NCBI GenBank assembly: GCA_963841435.1
Contig: CAWJCS010000002.1
Coordinates: 1,131,418 to 1,195,417 of the forward strand
DNA from: an uncultured delta proteobacterium
GTDB taxonomy: Bacteria; Myxococcota_A; Polyangia; Polyangiales; Polyangiaceae
DNA length: 64,000 bases
Direction of reading: 5' to 3'
In this document: positions 20,242 to 29,850 of the stretch, in pieces
How positions within the stretch are numbered: the stretch's first letter is position 1
How the letters are laid out: each line of letters starts with the position of its first letter
Notes under the pieces: generated by a model
What the model was told of the DNA's origin: nothing
The model's database searches: none
The model's input: the letters and a program-made list of their open reading frames with translations, nothing else
Translations under genes and position numbers: made by a program

Positions 20242-21683
20242 GGCCCGCGATTCGCTTCGCTGTGCGCGTAGGGACTGGCGACGATGTAGCCGGACGGCAT
20301 TTCCTCTGCCGGCTCCTTGGGGAAGGCTCCAACGCTCGTCGTTTTCGGTTCCGCGCTCGGTCGGCCGGAGGCAGCTTCAGCGCTCGGCGCGGCGGCCGCT
20401 CGCGATCGCGCGCTCGGTGCGCTCCTCTGCGTGCGCGGCTCGGGAGCTCGGGGTGGTGCCGCCGCGGCGGTGACGGGAGCCGGGAGCGTTTCCTCCGATT
20501 TTATCGGGGCGGCGGTGCGTGCGGGCGCTGGGCGAGCCGCGCTTTGTCCGGGAGTAGCGAGGGGCGGCGCGGCGGCGCGGACGTGTGCCGCGTCATCGAC
20601 GACCGCCGGTGTGGGCGTGGGGCGGGCGGGAAGGTAAAAAGCGGTCGTCGCCAGCGTGCCGAGCGCCGCACCCCCGATCCCACTCATGACGAAGCCCCAC
20701 CCGAAACGGCGACGCGCGGCGGCAAGCGATGCCGGACGCGCCACGCTTGCGGACAGCGCGGTTGCCTCGTCGGTGCCCGCCAGTTGCGCACTGTCCGGCA
20801 CGAGATCGAGGGTGCCGCCGTTCGCGCCCAGCGCCTTCGCGAAATCGAGCGCCGTCGGGAAGCGCGCCTCCGAGGACTTCTCGAGCGCGCGCTCGACCGC
20901 AAGGCACAAGTCGGGTGAGAGATCGGGGCGCAGCTCGGCGAGCGGCTTGTGCGGGCCATTCAGGATCTGAAAGAGCGTTTCGTTGTAGGAGCCGCCGTCG
21001 TACGGCCGCCGTCCCGCGAGCGCTTCGTAGACCACGGCACCCAGCGCGTAAATGTCCGTTGCCGCCGTGAGCACCTTCTCGCCGCGCGCCTGCTCCGGAG
21101 CCATGTAGGCCGCCGTCCCGATCGCAGTGTCCGTCGCCGTCACGGTCTCCATCGCTCCGTCGTGCTGGCGGGCAATGCCGAAGTCGAGCAGCTTGACGAG
21201 CAAGCGGCCGTCGGCGTGGCGGGTCAGCATGATGTTTTCGGGCTTGAGGTCACGATGAACGACGCCCTCGCCGTGGGCGTAGCCGAGCCCGCGCGCGACC
21301 TGCGTGACGATCTCGAGGATGCGGTCAACCGAGCGAACGCCCGACTCCTGGAACTCCGTGCGCAGAGTGCGACCGCGTAGGTATTCGAGCACCAGATAAG
21401 CGCCGAATTCTCCGGCCACACCCGCGTCGATCAGCGCCACGATGTTCTCGTGCGCCAGGCGGCCGAGCAGCGACGCTTCGCGGTCGAAGCGTCGGCGAGC
21501 GCTCGGCCGGCTCGCCAGGTGCTCGCGCAGGACCTTGACGGCACAGCAACGTCCGAGGCGGAGGTCCTCCGCCTCGTAGACGGATCCCATCCCTCCACTG
21601 CCAATCAAGCGGCCGAGTCGGTACCGGCCCGCAATGGTCCGGTTCGGAACCTCGTCCGTGGTCGTTTGAAGTCCACCCGTCAA
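20238..21683 (-). CDS. Membrane-anchored Hanks-type Ser/Thr protein kinase
   Basis: IGSGGMGSVY, AVK, HRDLKPEN, DFG, YMAPE, DIYALG; TM helix then Pro/Ala-rich tail. Confidence 0.95.
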   Translation of the reverse strand: MTGGLQTTTDEVPNRTIAGRYRLGRLIGSGGMGSVYEAEDLRLGRCCAVKVLREHLASRPSARRRFDREASLLGRLAHENIVALIDAGVAGEFGAYLVLEYLRGRTLRTEFQESGVRSVDRILEIVTQVARGLGYAHGEGVVHRDLKPENIMLTRHADGRLLVKLLDFGIARQHDGAMETVTATDTAIGTAAYMAPEQARGEKVLTAATDIYALGAVVYEALAGRRPYDGGSYNETLFQILNGPHKPLAELRPDLSPDLCLAVERALEKSSEARFPTALDFAKALGANGGTLDLVPDSAQLAGTDEATALSASVARPASLAAARRRFGWGFVMSGIGGAALGTLATTAFYLPARPTPTPAVVDDAAHVRAAAPPLATPGQSAARPAPARTAAPIKSEETLPAPVTAAAAPPRAPEPRTQRSAPSARSRAAAAPSAEAASGRPSAEPKTTSVGAFPKEPAEEMPSGYIVASPYAHSEANRGP

Positions 21684-21780
21684 CGTGCCGAGCCATAGCC
21701 GTGTCGCTTCCGCGACGCCAGCCCTCGCCGGGCGCGGGTCACGGCCCGCGTTTCTTTGCGACCGAGTGGTCGGTTCGTGC

Positions 21781-23412
21781 TCAGGCGTTCGCCTTGAGCG
21801 CGTCGAAGCCGCCGGGGCTGTGAATCGTCGGCGGGTTCGAGCCGCCGCCGACGAAATCCTCGGTCTTGTCGTACATACCGAACTTCGTAACTTCCTCGCT
21901 GCCGCCCTTCTGCGGGAAGCCGTCGCTGCCGGCCTTCACGCCGAGAGCGTTCATGAGGCTCACGTAGTACTTGTTGATGGGCGCATTCGCGAGCGACGGA
22001 TCGGTGCCGGTATTCTGGGTGGTCGCATCGACCCGGGTCGAGGTCCCTGGGGCGCAGACAATCTCGCTGTTGCCTCTCGTGAGGTCCGGTGCTCCGTCCT
22101 CGACGTTGACGACCCAGCCCGTCTTGAAATACCCCCCGGCGCCGCCAACCTGGATGATCGGCAGATTGTTGAGATTGCGGGCGCAGCCGTCGGACACTTC
22201 CTGGAACCAGACCGTGGCGGTGTTGTCGAGCAGCTTCACGTCGCCCTCGTCGATGCTGTCCAAGAGGTCGACGAGACGTGCGAACTTCCGCGTGTGGTAG
22301 TCGTCGATCTTGAGGATCTGGTCGATGACGCCGTCAACGCAGGTGCCCGTGAGCGACGCGCTGCCGACGCGGCCCGCGAGGCTGTAGGTGTCGATGTCGA
22401 CGCCGAGGCCTTGGAAGACGTACGATCCAGGATACTTGAGGACGATGACGGGGTTCGCGTTGCAGAGCGCCGCGAGGACGGCGAGAGACGAGTACAGATC
22501 GGCCCCGTCGAGGCCCGACGTGATCGATCGGGTGAGTGGATCACCCGTGGAGCTCTGATTCTGGAACGCGTCAACGTTGTCTTGCGTGACCAGGAGCGCG
22601 TCCGCCGTCTCTTGTGTGCACTGCGCGGGGATCATCCCCTGCGTCTGATGAAGTAGCTCTTTCCACGCTTCGAGCTTGCGCTGGTCCGACTGACTCATGT
22701 CGAAGCGCTCGAGGGTATCGAGGTCGTCCTTGACCAGGTCGAGCACGCTCCGGCCGCGAGCCGCCTGGTACGAGTCCGGAGAGACCGAGCCACCCCCGAA
22801 CAGCCCCGTGAGGCTGCTGAACACTTGCGACGGCACACCGAGCCCGGGGTAGGGCGTCTCCGCGGCGGAATACGAGATATTCGAAAAAGCGGATTCGCTG
22901 AAGTTGCCCACGCGCATGAAGAGCGGTGTGCCGGACGGGCTCAGCTGCTCTGCGATCACGTGATCGAGCGATGGCCCCACCGCCTTGGCGTTGAACTTCG
23001 TCGCCGAATCGAAGCTGAAGGGGTCGTTGCTGTTGGGAGCCACCGGTTGGCAGGTGAGATAGGACGCACACGCTTGCAGGTGCGAGTCGTTGCCCTGGCC
23101 GCGCACCATGGTGGTCGTCCATTCGTTCATGGCGCGGATACCGCGTGGCACGAGCATCTTGCCGACGTAGGGGGCGAGATGCTTCAGCGTCGTGGGCTCC
23201 AGATCGGCGGCACTGAGCGGACCGTGCGAACCTTGCGGGAAGAAGCGCGTGGTGATGCAACCACAGTGCGTGAACATCGCGATCAATCGCCGCGGTGGCG
23301 CTTCCGACTGTGCCTTGACCGAGCGGCTCCCGAGGGAGCCGAGGAACGGCGCCGCCACGCAGGCGCCCCCGAGCCCTCGCAGGAAGATCCTTCGGTCCAG
23401 CCGCTTCGGCAT
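21781..23412 (-). CDS. DUF1552-domain protein (Tat-like signal)
   Basis: LDRRIFLRGLGGACVAAPFL, GPSLDHVIA, RSVLDLV, LLDNTATVW, NLPIIQVGGAGGYFKTG. Confidence 0.85.
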   Translation of the reverse strand: MPKRLDRRIFLRGLGGACVAAPFLGSLGSRSVKAQSEAPPRRLIAMFTHCGCITTRFFPQGSHGPLSAADLEPTTLKHLAPYVGKMLVPRGIRAMNEWTTTMVRGQGNDSHLQACASYLTCQPVAPNSNDPFSFDSATKFNAKAVGPSLDHVIAEQLSPSGTPLFMRVGNFSESAFSNISYSAAETPYPGLGVPSQVFSSLTGLFGGGSVSPDSYQAARGRSVLDLVKDDLDTLERFDMSQSDQRKLEAWKELLHQTQGMIPAQCTQETADALLVTQDNVDAFQNQSSTGDPLTRSITSGLDGADLYSSLAVLAALCNANPVIVLKYPGSYVFQGLGVDIDTYSLAGRVGSASLTGTCVDGVIDQILKIDDYHTRKFARLVDLLDSIDEGDVKLLDNTATVWFQEVSDGCARNLNNLPIIQVGGAGGYFKTGWVVNVEDGAPDLTRGNSEIVCAPGTSTRVDATTQNTGTDPSLANAPINKYYVSLMNALGVKAGSDGFPQKGGSEEVTKFGMYDKTEDFVGGGSNPPTIHSPGGFDALKANA

Positions 23413-23599
23413 CCACCGCATGCATCGGACAATGCCCGGTCTCGGCCATCCGTATGCTGGGCCGCGCTTGGCCGGGGCGAACGGCTCCGCCCGCAGGGGC
23501 TGCACGGGGCCGGCGGAAGGCCGTGCGGCGTCTTGCTACGTGCTTTGTCGAACTCCCGATCGACGGGTCGCGAGTCAGTAAGCGAAGGAGTGCCCCGCG

Positions 23600-25225
23600 A
23601 TGACCCTGCGCTTACCCTTTGCTTCGAGCGCCGTCGCCCTTTCCGTCGCCGTTGCAGCTTGCGGCAACGGCGACGCGAATCCCGATCCCGGCGGGCGGGC
23701 CGGGACCGGCGGGAGCGGCCTTGCGGGCCAAGGCGGTCGCTCTGCCGCCGGGGGCGGGAACGGTGGGGCGGCCGCAGGGGCTGCGGCCGTGGGTGGCGGC
23801 GCGGGCAGCGGCGCAGGCGGCAGCACGCCGACCGGTGGCGCCAGTGGTGCCCCGAACGGGGGCGCCGGCAGCGGCGGCATGCCACAGGGAGGAACGCCGG
23901 CAGGCGGGAGCTCCGGGGCCGGCGGCGAGTCGGGCGGCGGGGTGGCGGGTATCGCGGGCGCGAGCGGTGCCACCGCAGGCGGCATGGCTGGGATGGCCGG
24001 TGCGTCCGGCGCGGGCGGCGTGGCGGGGAGGGGCGGCCGTGGCGGTGCGGGTGCTGGCGGCACGAGCGGCAGTGCCGGGACGAGTGGCGCGGGCGGCGGC
24101 GCGAGCGACATCCTCGGCGCGACACCCCCGATGGGCTGGAACTCGTGGAACACGTTCCAGTGCAGCATCAGCGAGTCGCTCATCAAAGGCGTCGCCGACA
24201 CGATGGTGAGCAGCGGCATGCAGGCGGCCGGCTACGACTACGTCAATCTCGACGATTGCTGGATGGACGGGCGGGACGGCAGCGGCAACCTACGCTGGAA
24301 CACCAGCAAATTCCCGGCGGGCATCCCCGCGCTTGCCGACTACGTGCACGGCAAGGGTTTGAAATTCGGCATCTACGAGTCCGCCAACACCGCGACCTGC
24401 GTCGGGCTCTACGGTGGCATCGACAAGGCAGTCGCGGTTGGCAGCCTCGGGAACGAAGCGAAGGACGCGGCGACGTTCGCCTCGTGGGGCGTCAACTTTC
24501 TCAAGTACGATCTGTGCGCGGGTCAGCGGTCCTCCCTCGTGACGATGGGCACGGCCTTGCGCGCGGGGACGCGGCCCATCCTCTACAGCATCAACCCGGG
24601 CAACGGCCAAACCGATCTCGATCCACCCAAGCCGAACTGGGACATGCAGGGGGTCGCCAACATCTGGCGCATCGGCTTCGACATCAACGCGTCCTTTGGG
24701 TCCGTGACCCAGCTGATCGACGAGAACAGCGGACTTTACAGCTACGCCGGCCCCGGCCATTTCAACGACCCGGACATGCTGGAGGTGGGCAAGCTCGCCA
24801 ACGTCAACGAAGATCGCTCCCATTTCGCAATGTGGGCCATCATGGCGGCACCGCTCATCGCCGGGAACGACATCCGCAGCATGAGCACGACCACCCGCGA
24901 CATCCTCACCAACACCGAGATCATCGCGGTCGATCAAGACCCACTCGGCCTCCAGGGCCGCCGCGTCTCTGCTTCCGGCGCGACGCTCGACGTATGGTCG
25001 AAGACGCTCTCGGGAACGAACGTGCGCGCCGTGGCTCTGCTCAACCGCGGCGGTAGCGCGGCTTCGATCTCCGTCAACTGGACCGATCTGGGGCTCCCCG
25101 CTGGGGCCGCCACCGTACGCGATCTTTGGGCCCACACCGATCTCGGCAGCTTCACCGGGAGCTACACCGCATCGAACGTGCCGTCGCACGGCGTGGCGAT
25201 GCTGAAGGTAACGAGCGCGCCGTAG
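23600..25225 (+). CDS. GH27 alpha-galactosidase, lipoprotein
   Basis: VAAC lipobox; TPPMGWNSWN, LDDCW, FLKYDLC (nucleophile Asp), WRIGFDI (acid/base Asp), NDPDMLEVG, C-terminal Greek-key domain. Confidence 0.93.
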   Translation: MTLRLPFASSAVALSVAVAACGNGDANPDPGGRAGTGGSGLAGQGGRSAAGGGNGGAAAGAAAVGGGAGSGAGGSTPTGGASGAPNGGAGSGGMPQGGTPAGGSSGAGGESGGGVAGIAGASGATAGGMAGMAGASGAGGVAGRGGRGGAGAGGTSGSAGTSGAGGGASDILGATPPMGWNSWNTFQCSISESLIKGVADTMVSSGMQAAGYDYVNLDDCWMDGRDGSGNLRWNTSKFPAGIPALADYVHGKGLKFGIYESANTATCVGLYGGIDKAVAVGSLGNEAKDAATFASWGVNFLKYDLCAGQRSSLVTMGTALRAGTRPILYSINPGNGQTDLDPPKPNWDMQGVANIWRIGFDINASFGSVTQLIDENSGLYSYAGPGHFNDPDMLEVGKLANVNEDRSHFAMWAIMAAPLIAGNDIRSMSTTTRDILTNTEIIAVDQDPLGLQGRRVSASGATLDVWSKTLSGTNVRAVALLNRGGSAASISVNWTDLGLPAGAATVRDLWAHTDLGSFTGSYTASNVPSHGVAMLKVTSAP

Positions 25226-25244
25226 TCGCCCGCTGAGGCTCTCT

Positions 25245-26600
25245 TCAGGCACCAGCCGGTCGCCACTCGAGGAGGTCGTGCTCGGTGAGCTTGTTGTAGA
25301 GCGAGCGGCGGCTCAGGCCGAGCAGGCGGGCGGCGCGGGCGCGCACGTTGCCCGCGCGCGTGAGCGCAAGCACGATGGCGGCACGCTCCGCTTCGCGGCG
25401 CGTCGTCACGAGATCGGTCGTCAGTGAGGTATGGCTCCCCGAACGGGCGGCGTCCCGGGCGAGCTCGCGTTCGACGTCGGCGCGCTCGATGGTGGCCCCG
25501 TCGGTGAACACGACCAGGCGCTCGACGAAGTTTTCGAGCTGGCGGACGTTGCCCGGCCAGGCCTGCTCCTCGAGCGCGAGAAGGGCAGCCTTCGAAACCT
25601 CGACCGGGGGGCGGCCGTTCGCGGCGGCCGAGCGCGCCATGAAGTGCGAAACCAGCGGCTCGATGTCCTGGGCGCGCTCCCTGAGCGGCGGCACCCGGAT
25701 CGGGATGGCGAGCCGAAAGTAGAGGTCCTGGCGAAACTGCCCGCGCTCGATCAGCGGCTCGAGCTCCTTGTTGGTCGCCGTGACGAAGCGCACGTCGACC
25801 TTGACGGTCTCGGTGCCGCCGAGACGCTCGAGCTCCCGCGTTTCGAGCAGCCTGAGGAGCTTCACCTGCGTCGAAAGCGGGTACTCCCCGATCTCGTCCA
25901 AAAACAGCGTGCCGCGATGGGCGAGCTCCACGCGCCCCGGCTTGACCTTCGTCGCGCCGGTGAACGCGCCCTTCTCGTAGCCGAAGAGCTCGCTCTCGAT
26001 CAGTTGCTCGGGCAGCGCAGCGCAGTTCACCGCGACGAAAGGCTCGGCCGCACGCGGGCTCGAAGCGTGAATCGCGCGCGCGACGAGCTCCTTGCCCGTC
26101 CCGTTCTCACCGTGCACGAGCACGGTCGCGGTCCCGGCGGCGGCACGCCGGATCGCGTCCCGAAGCGGACCGAGGTCACCGACCAGCGGTAGCGTCGCGT
26201 CGGTCGCGGGTGGTTCACCGACCTCGCGAGCGAGCCCGAGCGCCGCGCTCACCACCGCGAGCACCTCGGCGCAATCGAACGGCTTGGCGAGAAAATCCGT
26301 TGCGCCGAGCTTGATCGCCTCGACGGCCACGCGAACGCTGCCGAACGCCGTCACCACGATGACGGGCACGTCGGGCCAGAGCGCGCGGGATTGCCGCAGG
26401 AGGTCCATCCCGTCCATGCCGGGCATCCTGAGGTCCGTCACCATGACGTCCATCGCGCCCGAGGCGAGCTTCTCGAGCGCTTCCTCGGCGGTCGCCGCTT
26501 CGACGACCTGGATGGAGGCCTGGTGGAGCTGCGCCGCGAGCACCGTTCGCACGGCGGCGTCATCGTCCACGACGAGCACTCGTTGGGAGACCTTGCTCAT
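25245..26600 (-). CDS. NtrC-family sigma54-dependent response regulator
   Basis: Receiver (LVVDDD, TDLRMPGMDG, KPF), GENGTGKE, GAFTGA, LFLDEI, WPGNVRQL, HTH. Confidence 0.95.
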   Translation of the reverse strand: MSKVSQRVLVVDDDAAVRTVLAAQLHQASIQVVEAATAEEALEKLASGAMDVMVTDLRMPGMDGMDLLRQSRALWPDVPVIVVTAFGSVRVAVEAIKLGATDFLAKPFDCAEVLAVVSAALGLAREVGEPPATDATLPLVGDLGPLRDAIRRAAAGTATVLVHGENGTGKELVARAIHASSPRAAEPFVAVNCAALPEQLIESELFGYEKGAFTGATKVKPGRVELAHRGTLFLDEIGEYPLSTQVKLLRLLETRELERLGGTETVKVDVRFVTATNKELEPLIERGQFRQDLYFRLAIPIRVPPLRERAQDIEPLVSHFMARSAAANGRPPVEVSKAALLALEEQAWPGNVRQLENFVERLVVFTDGATIERADVERELARDAARSGSHTSLTTDLVTTRREAERAAIVLALTRAGNVRARAARLLGLSRRSLYNKLTEHDLLEWRPAGA

Positions 26601-28081
26601 GCCACGGCCCTCGCGCTGGCGATCGGGAAGGTGAGCGTCACCGTCGTGCCCCGCCCGAGCGTGCTCGCAACGTCGAGGGCGCCGCCGTGTGCCTTCGCGA
26701 CCCGCTCGGCGAAGCTCAGCCCGAGCCCGGTTCCCTGCGCCTTGGTCGTGAAGAAGAGCGCCGTTGCGCGCTCGAGCACCATCGGGCTCATCCCTTGCCC
26801 CTGATCCTCCACGCCGAGGAGAATCGCCTGGCCTTCGGCGTCGTAGCCCGTGCGCACGGTGATCACGCCGCCGGCGGGCATGGCCTCGGAGGCGTTTCGG
26901 AGGACGTTCTCGAGCGCGGTCACCACGAGGTCACGGTCGAGCGGACAGCTCGGCAACGCCTCCGTCAGCGCCGTCGCGAGCGTGACGCCCGGGCCGAGCG
27001 CCAGCCGCTGGAGCGGAACGACGCTCTCGACGACGCCGTTCAGCGACGTCGACACGAGGCGCGGCTCCACCTTCGCAATGCGCTGGTAGTGCTCGACGGT
27101 ACGCGCGGCACGCTCGACCTGCTCACCCATGAGGGTTAGAAAGCGCGTCTGCCCGTCGAGCGAGCGCCCAGCTCGGTGCTCCTCCTCCAGGAACTCCACC
27201 GCGCCCCTGAGCGCCGCGAGGGGATTTTTGAGATCGTGGGCCAGCTGCTGCGAAAAGCGCCCGAGCGTCGCGAGCTCCTCGTTCTTGACGCGCCCGAGCG
27301 CTGCCGAGCGGTCGAATTCGCGGCTCGAGGCGAGCCCGACGAGCGCGAGAGCGGCCATGCCGAGCACCCACGGGCTCGAGCTCGGATCGAGAAAGCGCGC
27401 GAGCGCGAGGTGAGCCGACAGCCAGAACGCACCGAGCAGCACGGCATACAGCGCGAGCACTTTCGGCACCTCCCGGCCGAACAGGCTCAACCGCAACGCG
27501 GCGACCGCGATGAGCGACATCGCGATCAGCGTGCCGACCGCTGCCAGGCGCGGCACGGGCAGCTCGGTGTGTCCGTAGAGGAGATCCGTCGAGCTTAGCG
27601 CGGTCCCGATCGAGAGCGCGAGCAGCAGCAGATCCGCGCGAGCGCGCTCCGCCTGGTCGAGCGTTCGTCGGCGGTGGACCCACAAAAGAGCGATGGCGAG
27701 CGCCATGGCCAACGAGACCAGAAGCAAGAGCACCCACCACCAGCGGTCGACCGACACGAAGAGCCCAACGGCCGCGAACGTCACGTACGCCGCCCCGACG
27801 AGACGGCGCAGGGCCCGCCGCCTGCCGACGAACACGACGACCACGTGGAGCGCGAGCGGAGCCATCAGACTCGCAAAGGCGCGGTCGACCCTCGACCACG
27901 CGACGGAGCCCGAAAGCTCGGCGGCCAGGCTCGCGAAGTTCCACACGAAGGCGTCGAAGAACAGGAGTGCCATGAGCCCGCCGAGCGCGCTCCTCGAGCG
28001 CCGGACGAAAGCGAGCATGCCGAAGGCGAGGTGTCCCGCGCACGCCATCACGGTCATCACGCCATACCCGTCCATCGCCAT
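26597..28081 (-). CDS. Multi-TM sensor histidine kinase
   Basis: About 8 TM segments; H-box LAHDLKNPL, N-box NVLRNA, DQGQG, FFTTK, GTGLGL; ATGA-coupled to the regulator. Confidence 0.93.
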   Translation of the reverse strand: MAMDGYGVMTVMACAGHLAFGMLAFVRRSRSALGGLMALLFFDAFVWNFASLAAELSGSVAWSRVDRAFASLMAPLALHVVVVFVGRRRALRRLVGAAYVTFAAVGLFVSVDRWWWVLLLLVSLAMALAIALLWVHRRRTLDQAERARADLLLLALSIGTALSSTDLLYGHTELPVPRLAAVGTLIAMSLIAVAALRLSLFGREVPKVLALYAVLLGAFWLSAHLALARFLDPSSSPWVLGMAALALVGLASSREFDRSAALGRVKNEELATLGRFSQQLAHDLKNPLAALRGAVEFLEEEHRAGRSLDGQTRFLTLMGEQVERAARTVEHYQRIAKVEPRLVSTSLNGVVESVVPLQRLALGPGVTLATALTEALPSCPLDRDLVVTALENVLRNASEAMPAGGVITVRTGYDAEGQAILLGVEDQGQGMSPMVLERATALFFTTKAQGTGLGLSFAERVAKAHGGALDVASTLGRGTTVTLTFPIASARAVA

Positions 28082-28128
28082 TCACTATATCCGTTCCTCC
28101 GGCCCGGACGTCGCACGCGAACCACCGT

Positions 28129-28971
28129 TCAGAGCTCGGCCATGAGCCAAGCCCCGCTCTCGAGCCCGCGCACGCTTCGCAAAAGGACGTGCTCGTGCGG
28201 ACCGTGGCCGTGGTCGGCGTGCTCGTCTTCCCGCGACTTCTCGTGCAGCGCGTGCTCGGCTCGCCCGACCTCGAAGCCTGCCAGTAGGCCGCTGGCAAGC
28301 CGCATCTCGATGCGACCGGCAAGCCACCGACTCGACTGCCAGATGGGGCCACCGCCGAGACAATTCGCGCCGTCATCGAGGTGGGCGGGATCGTCCTGCA
28401 CACCGGCGATGACGGAAAGGGTCACCAAGCGGGCGACCTCGGCGCCGAGGACCGCTTCCGCCAGCGACCCGCTCCCGCAGAGCAAGAGCGGCGGAATCGT
28501 TGCGCCCGGCCCACGCTCGACGGTCGTCTGCCAGAGCGACAGCGTGAGATCAGCACGGGCGAAGAGCGCGAGGCCGGGAGCGAGCTCAACGGCTTGGCCG
28601 AGCTCGAGCTCGAGCGGATGCACGTACCGGCTCTCGATGTCGAGGGACGATGTTCGCACGCCCGACAGCTCGAGCACCCGCACTCGAACCGAGTCGTGAA
28701 GCTCGATCGCCAAAGCCGCCAACCCCCACTGCGCCGGAGCACCGAAGAAAGCGCCACTCGCAGTCGCCCCAAGCCCGCCGTCCCGCAGCGCCCAACCAAC
28801 GCGCGGAGCGGCGAACGCGAGCGGCGCCCGACCCGCTGGCGCTGGCCGCGCCGAAGCCTGAAGCGCGAGACCGGGGCCACCCGCGCGAACCTCCGCGGCT
28901 GCGGCCGGTACGAACGGGATCGGCAACGCGTGCAACCCAGCGAGAGCGAGAGCAGCGAGTGTGAGCGGCAT
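28129..28971 (-). CDS. Hypothetical exported (possibly outer-membrane beta-barrel) protein with His-rich segment
   Basis: Signal peptide; alternating beta-strand pattern; HALHEKSREDEHADHGHGPHEH near the C-terminus. Confidence 0.6.
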   Translation of the reverse strand: MPLTLAALALAGLHALPIPFVPAAAAEVRAGGPGLALQASARPAPAGRAPLAFAAPRVGWALRDGGLGATASGAFFGAPAQWGLAALAIELHDSVRVRVLELSGVRTSSLDIESRYVHPLELELGQAVELAPGLALFARADLTLSLWQTTVERGPGATIPPLLLCGSGSLAEAVLGAEVARLVTLSVIAGVQDDPAHLDDGANCLGGGPIWQSSRWLAGRIEMRLASGLLAGFEVGRAEHALHEKSREDEHADHGHGPHEHVLLRSVRGLESGAWLMAEL

Positions 28972-28982
28972 GCCGCGCCCTG

Positions 28983-29000
28983 GTGCAAAGGCGATGCCGT
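28983..29000 (-). promoter_or_regulatory. sigma54 (-24/-12) promoter
   Basis: Minus strand reads CGGCATCGCCTTTGCA = GG-N10-GC with TTGCA, ~13 nt before ATG 28971. Confidence 0.65.
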
Positions 29001-29380
29001 GCGAGAACCCTCACGAAACCCAGCCGATCCCCCGACCCCGCGCCGCTGACCCGTGCAGGTTTTGGCACACAGCGAGCGACGGTGGGTACACCCGGGTTGT
29101 CGCTCGGCCTCACGAGTTCGCCGGCCACGAGCGCATCACGCCGTGGCCTTCGCCGCCCGCTGGGTCGCCCGGCGCTCCCGCCGGTAGCGGCTGGTGGCTC
29201 GATTCACGAGGGTGGCGGCGGGAGCGGCGGCGGCGCCTCGGCGGTGGCGGCTCTGGCTCCGGTCTCGTCGGCGGGTCCAGTTGCGCCGGCAGCAGCCTGC
29301 TTGTCGCCGCACGGATCACGGGCATCGGCACCGCGCGGTATGGTCGCCCAGCGCCTCGACCGGAACTCCGACCAAGGGCT

Positions 29381-29767
29381 TCAAGCCGCTCCCTCATCCA
29401 GCGGCTGCCAGAGCTCTACCCGGTTGCCGTCGCAGTCCTTGATCCAGGCGAAACGGCCGTAGCCTTCGTCCTGCCGTTTTGGGTCGATCCACACCCCCGC
29501 TGCCGCGAGCCTCATGAGGAGGGCGTCGAGGTCATCCACGCGGTAGTTGATCATCACCGCCTGCTTTCCCTCACCGAAGTAGGTCGTGTCCATCGGAAAG
29601 GGGTTCCACGCCGTCATGCCCGTCCCCTTCGGCACTTCGTCCTTCCACGAGAAGGTCGCCCCGTAGTCGCCTACCTCGACCCCCAGATGCTGCGCGTACC
29701 AGGCTCCGAGCGCCTTCGGGTCCGCGCTTCGCAGGAACACACCGCCTATGCCCGTCACTCTTGCCAT
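29381..29767 (-). CDS. VOC/glyoxalase family protein
   Basis: MARVTGIGGVF, WYAQHLG, MINYRVDDLDAL, YGRFAWIKDCDGNRVELWQP. Confidence 0.92.
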   Translation of the reverse strand: MARVTGIGGVFLRSADPKALGAWYAQHLGVEVGDYGATFSWKDEVPKGTGMTAWNPFPMDTTYFGEGKQAVMINYRVDDLDALLMRLAAAGVWIDPKRQDEGYGRFAWIKDCDGNRVELWQPLDEGAA

Positions 29768-29850
29768 GCCGTTCACCTCCGCGTGCTCATACTTCGGCCA
29801 CGCGCCTCGCGGCAAACAATGGCGGTCTCGGAGGGCCGGCTCCGGCTATC

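Noticed and set aside
29063-29078. Plus-strand sigma54 promoter TGGCACACAGCGAGC
   Set aside because: Weak -12 element and no convincing plus-strand gene downstream; better explained as part of the enhancer-like palindrome.
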